Shown here: positions 61,159-64,000 of the stretch, one piece after another | Numbering within the stretch: position 1 is the first letter of the stretch | Layout of the letters: each line of letters begins with the position of its first letter | Assembly (NCBI GenBank): GCA_016297845.1 | Contig: JAEDFV010000001.1 | Span: 80-64,079 of the forward strand | Reading direction: 5' to 3' | From: Clostridia bacterium | GTDB lineage: Bacteria > Bacillota > Clostridia > Christensenellales > UBA1242 | DNA length: 64,000 nucleotides | Notes under the pieces: model-generated | Databases searched by the model: none | What the model saw: the letters and a program-made list of their open reading frames with translations, nothing else | What the model was told of the DNA's origin: nothing | Position numbers and translations under genes: made by a program

Positions 61159-63462
61159 TTATTCACGTCCAGTGTCAGTATTGTGTGTTGGTTTATATGT
61201 ACCATTATCAATTGCTTCTTGCTTTTGCTTCTCTGTTTCCCTGTTCAGTCTTGCAATATATTCCTCTAAATCATTAGGATTTTTGTCTTTAGCATTTGAT
61301 GGGGTAAATTCGGCCGCGTTTGCAAGTGCATTTGAAACTCTTTCAGTTACATTGTTTTGCCCTTCAGGATTTTCTTCAGAAATTGGTTCTCCTTCTTCAA
61401 CTGACACTTCAGATGTAATATCTGCTTCAAAACTATTTTGTTCAGCATTTTCAGTTACTTCAGGATTCTCTTCTATTGTGGTTTCATTATCAGATTGTCC
61501 CTCAGATTGTCCCTCAGATTGTTCCTCTTGGTTTTCTTCTGTTAAAACTTCGTTATGAGCATAAGTTTCCGTTTGTTCATCATTATTTGTTATTGAATCG
61601 TTAATAGTTTGACCTGAACTTCCGTCTTGACTGTCATCTGGAGATGCACTGTGGTCTTTTTCTTTTGCTTTCTTTTCTTTTCTTCTAACTCGCCTTGCTT
61701 TTCGTTCATTACGTTTTTCTTTACGTTTTTCTTTACGTTTTTCTTTACGTTTTTCTTTACGAGCCTCACGGTCTTTTGTTCTGTCTTTTGACTTAGATTT
61801 TGAAGGTTTTTCTTCATCTATTTCCCTAAGCACTTGTAGTTTGCCTGCCCCGGCATCGGCAACAACTTCTGTTGACAAAATTGTTCCCATACCTATCGCC
61901 AAAGAACCAAAAGCAAAACACATTGAAATAAGCCCTGCAAGTCCTGCAAGAAGGGAAATCATAACAAACGCACCCAACATTATTCCCATTCCCCAATATT
62001 TTGCTTTTGGAGATGTAACAGCATATCTTTTCTCTGAAGGACTGTTTTTCTTCGTTTCTTGTTTTTCTTCGTTTCGTTGTTCAACTACAGTTTGTTCTTG
62101 GACGTTTTGTTCATGTTGATTATGTGGGTTTTCTGTTTCGTGTTCTGATTTTTGAGTTTTCTCAACTTCGCCTGAAACACCTTCTAAGTCCTGTTCCGAA
62201 GTTTGTTCTTCCGAAACAAATCCTTGTGAAGTTTCGTCTGGCTTTACGACATCTTCAAGGTTTCCATCACCTTCATTTTTTGCCCCAGTCGTTTCTTCTT
62301 CAACTACAGGTGTTCCAGATTCTTGTTCTGAAGCTTCGTCTTTAGATCTATCAATTTCTTGGTCTTTCAATTTCTCTTCATCAATAGAAAAATTAAAATC
62401 TTGTTTTAAATCTTTTATTTCAACAGGCACAGATTGATAATTCCCAGCAAGAGGATTTGTTAGGTCAATATGCTTACCCAAGCTGCCAAGTATTTGATTT
62501 TTTTCTGCATAATGATAAAGTTTACTTAACGCTTCTCCATCCAACTTAGGAATTAAACAAGCAGTATCATTTCCAACAGAATCTTTTTCTTTTTGTTTAC
62601 TCTTTTTGTTAGGAATTAAATCCGAAACAACATTGAACTTAACTTGGTCAAAATTTTCTAATAAATTGTCAACTTCTCTTCCGCTTACAGTCTTTATTTC
62701 ATTTCTTATATCTGTAACAGTTTTTGCACTATCAGATTTAAGGCAAAATTTAAGCTTTGATGATAGTTGTGCAACAATAGGGTTGTTATTTTTGTTTAAA
62801 ACATAAATGTAAGTTACTTTTTTATCAGCTGACTTTGATGACTTTGTGGAATGTGGATTATCTATTGTAACTAATCTTAGTTTTTTGTTCTCACCATCCG
62901 CCGCCAAATCAAGAGATAAAGCATCAATATTGTTCTTTTTAAATATTTCTGGATTATTTGCAATTATATCAATAGCTTGCACAGGAAGATCTTTAACAAT
63001 TATTTTGCCAGATGCAATGTCATTGAGATAGTTGTTTGATAAACTTATATTAGCAGGGCTATCATATTTTAAATTAAGGCTTTCTTTTGCTTCACCCGTG
63101 CCTTTTGTGATATTTAAACTTGTTGCATCTAGGTTTAATTTTAACCCTTCAGCTTTTAATGAAAATTTAAAGTCCTTTTTAATTTCAAACTTAGATAATG
63201 GAATGTTTACAAAATCTTCATCTATTTCAACATCTTTAATTTTATTGTCTGCAAAAAAAGTTTCCAACTTTTTTTCTTCGTCTTTTTTAATAGAAACAAA
63301 TTTGTTCCCTTTTTTGTCAACAACAACTTTAACTCTATCAGAGCCATCACGATTTATAAAGTCATAATTTGTTTCATTATTTTCCGAAAAAAGAACTTTA
63401 AACTTTACATTGCTTTCGGGTTTATTGTTCAAAACTTCAAAACCATTTTCAAAAGCTGTCAT
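61159..63462 (-). CDS. Membrane protein with highly charged, low-complexity C-terminal half
   Basis: 767 aa; hydrophobic segment WGMGIMLGAFVMISLLAGLAGLISMCFAFGSLAIGMG; KEKRKEKRKEKRKEKR and EGQSEGQSEGQS tracts. Confidence 0.75.
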   Translation of the reverse strand: MTAFENGFEVLNNKPESNVKFKVLFSENNETNYDFINRDGSDRVKVVVDKKGNKFVSIKKDEEKKLETFFADNKIKDVEIDEDFVNIPLSKFEIKKDFKFSLKAEGLKLNLDATSLNITKGTGEAKESLNLKYDSPANISLSNNYLNDIASGKIIVKDLPVQAIDIIANNPEIFKKNNIDALSLDLAADGENKKLRLVTIDNPHSTKSSKSADKKVTYIYVLNKNNNPIVAQLSSKLKFCLKSDSAKTVTDIRNEIKTVSGREVDNLLENFDQVKFNVVSDLIPNKKSKQKEKDSVGNDTACLIPKLDGEALSKLYHYAEKNQILGSLGKHIDLTNPLAGNYQSVPVEIKDLKQDFNFSIDEEKLKDQEIDRSKDEASEQESGTPVVEEETTGAKNEGDGNLEDVVKPDETSQGFVSEEQTSEQDLEGVSGEVEKTQKSEHETENPHNQHEQNVQEQTVVEQRNEEKQETKKNSPSEKRYAVTSPKAKYWGMGIMLGAFVMISLLAGLAGLISMCFAFGSLAIGMGTILSTEVVADAGAGKLQVLREIDEEKPSKSKSKDRTKDREARKEKRKEKRKEKRKEKRNERKARRVRRKEKKAKEKDHSASPDDSQDGSSGQTINDSITNNDEQTETYAHNEVLTEENQEEQSEGQSEGQSDNETTIEENPEVTENAEQNSFEADITSEVSVEEGEPISEENPEGQNNVTERVSNALANAAEFTPSNAKDKNPNDLEEYIARLNRETEKQKQEAIDNGTYKPTHNTDTGRE
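61491..61526 (-). repeat. 12-bp tandem repeat x3 (cagattgtccct)
   Basis: cagattgtccct cagattgtccct cagattgttcct. Confidence 0.9.
61711..61761 (-). repeat. 12-bp tandem repeat x4.25 (acgtttttcttt) encoding KEKR units
   Basis: Four perfect copies plus acg. Confidence 0.95.
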
Positions 63463-63585
63463 CTTGTTCCCCCTTTTAATTTATACAATATTCTATCATC
63501 AGCATACTTTTTTGTCAATAGCAAATTATCAAATTTATTATGTAACAAATGTTTAAAATAATAATTTTTTGACAACAATTGTTTC

Positions 63586-64000
63586 ATGAAACGCATCATC
63601 ATAACATTTGTATTAATACTTATTCTTGGTGGCATTGCAACATTTGGCATTTTAAACCAAAAGAACTCTTCAGCAAACTCAGAATATTTACGAATTCATA
63701 TTCGGGCAAATTCAAACTCAGAAATTGACCAAAATGTAAAATATCAAGTTCGCGACGCTGTTGTTGAAGCAATGATTCCTTTCCTTTCCGAATGCACTAC
63801 AAAAAAAGAAGCTGAAAGAATAATTGAAAGCAATTTCTCATACATAGAAGGAATAGCAAATTCTGTGCTCCTAAAAAATGGATTTACATATACTTCAAAA
63901 GCACGCCTGGCAAATGAAGAATTCCCAACCAGAAGTTATGACGGAATTGTTTTTGAACAAGGTTTTTACGACGCCTTAATTCTAGACTTAGGAAATGGCG
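63586..64000 (+). CDS. spoIIR: Stage II sporulation protein R, partial (runs off window edge)
   Basis: Manual translation, not in the ORF track: MKRIIITFVLILILGGIATFGILNQKNSSANSEYLRIHIRANSNSEIDQNVKYQVRDAVVEAM...FPTRSYDGIVFEQGFYDALILDLGNG. Confidence 0.85.
   Translation, partial: MKRIIITFVLILILGGIATFGILNQKNSSANSEYLRIHIRANSNSEIDQNVKYQVRDAVVEAMIPFLSECTTKKEAERIIESNFSYIEGIANSVLLKNGFTYTSKARLANEEFPTRSYDGIVFEQGFYDALILDLGNG

Overview
AT-rich bacterial chromosome segment, probably from an uncultured spore-forming Clostridia-like lineage (inference from a partial spoIIR at the right edge and the overall gene content). Left part, minus strand: tRNA-Pro, aluminium-resistance/methionine gamma-lyase-like enzyme, miaA, mutL, mutS, small membrane protein, miaB, rpoC, rpoB. 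Centre, minus strand, 15980-44677 (about 45% of the window): giant lipoprotein genes with Ig-like and GLUG-like repeats. These appear as three ORFs (3634, 2707 and 3215 aa), but the first two share one reading frame and are separated by a single TGA, so I read them as one ~6343-codon gene with an in-frame stop, followed by its paralogue. An intact IS1-family element (805 bp, 8-bp target duplication, imperfect terminal inverted repeats) sits inside the first giant ORF in antisense orientation and does not break the host frame: 805+8=813 nt=271 codons, and the antisense frame of the transposase is fully open. Right part: ttcA-like, gyrB, MazG-like, gyrA, cca, an archaeal-type valS, two glycosyltransferases, membrane proteins including a YugP-like protein lacking the HExxH motif, lipoproteins, tRNA-Arg, a low-complexity membrane protein and partial spoIIR. 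No CRISPR array, restriction system or prophage was seen.
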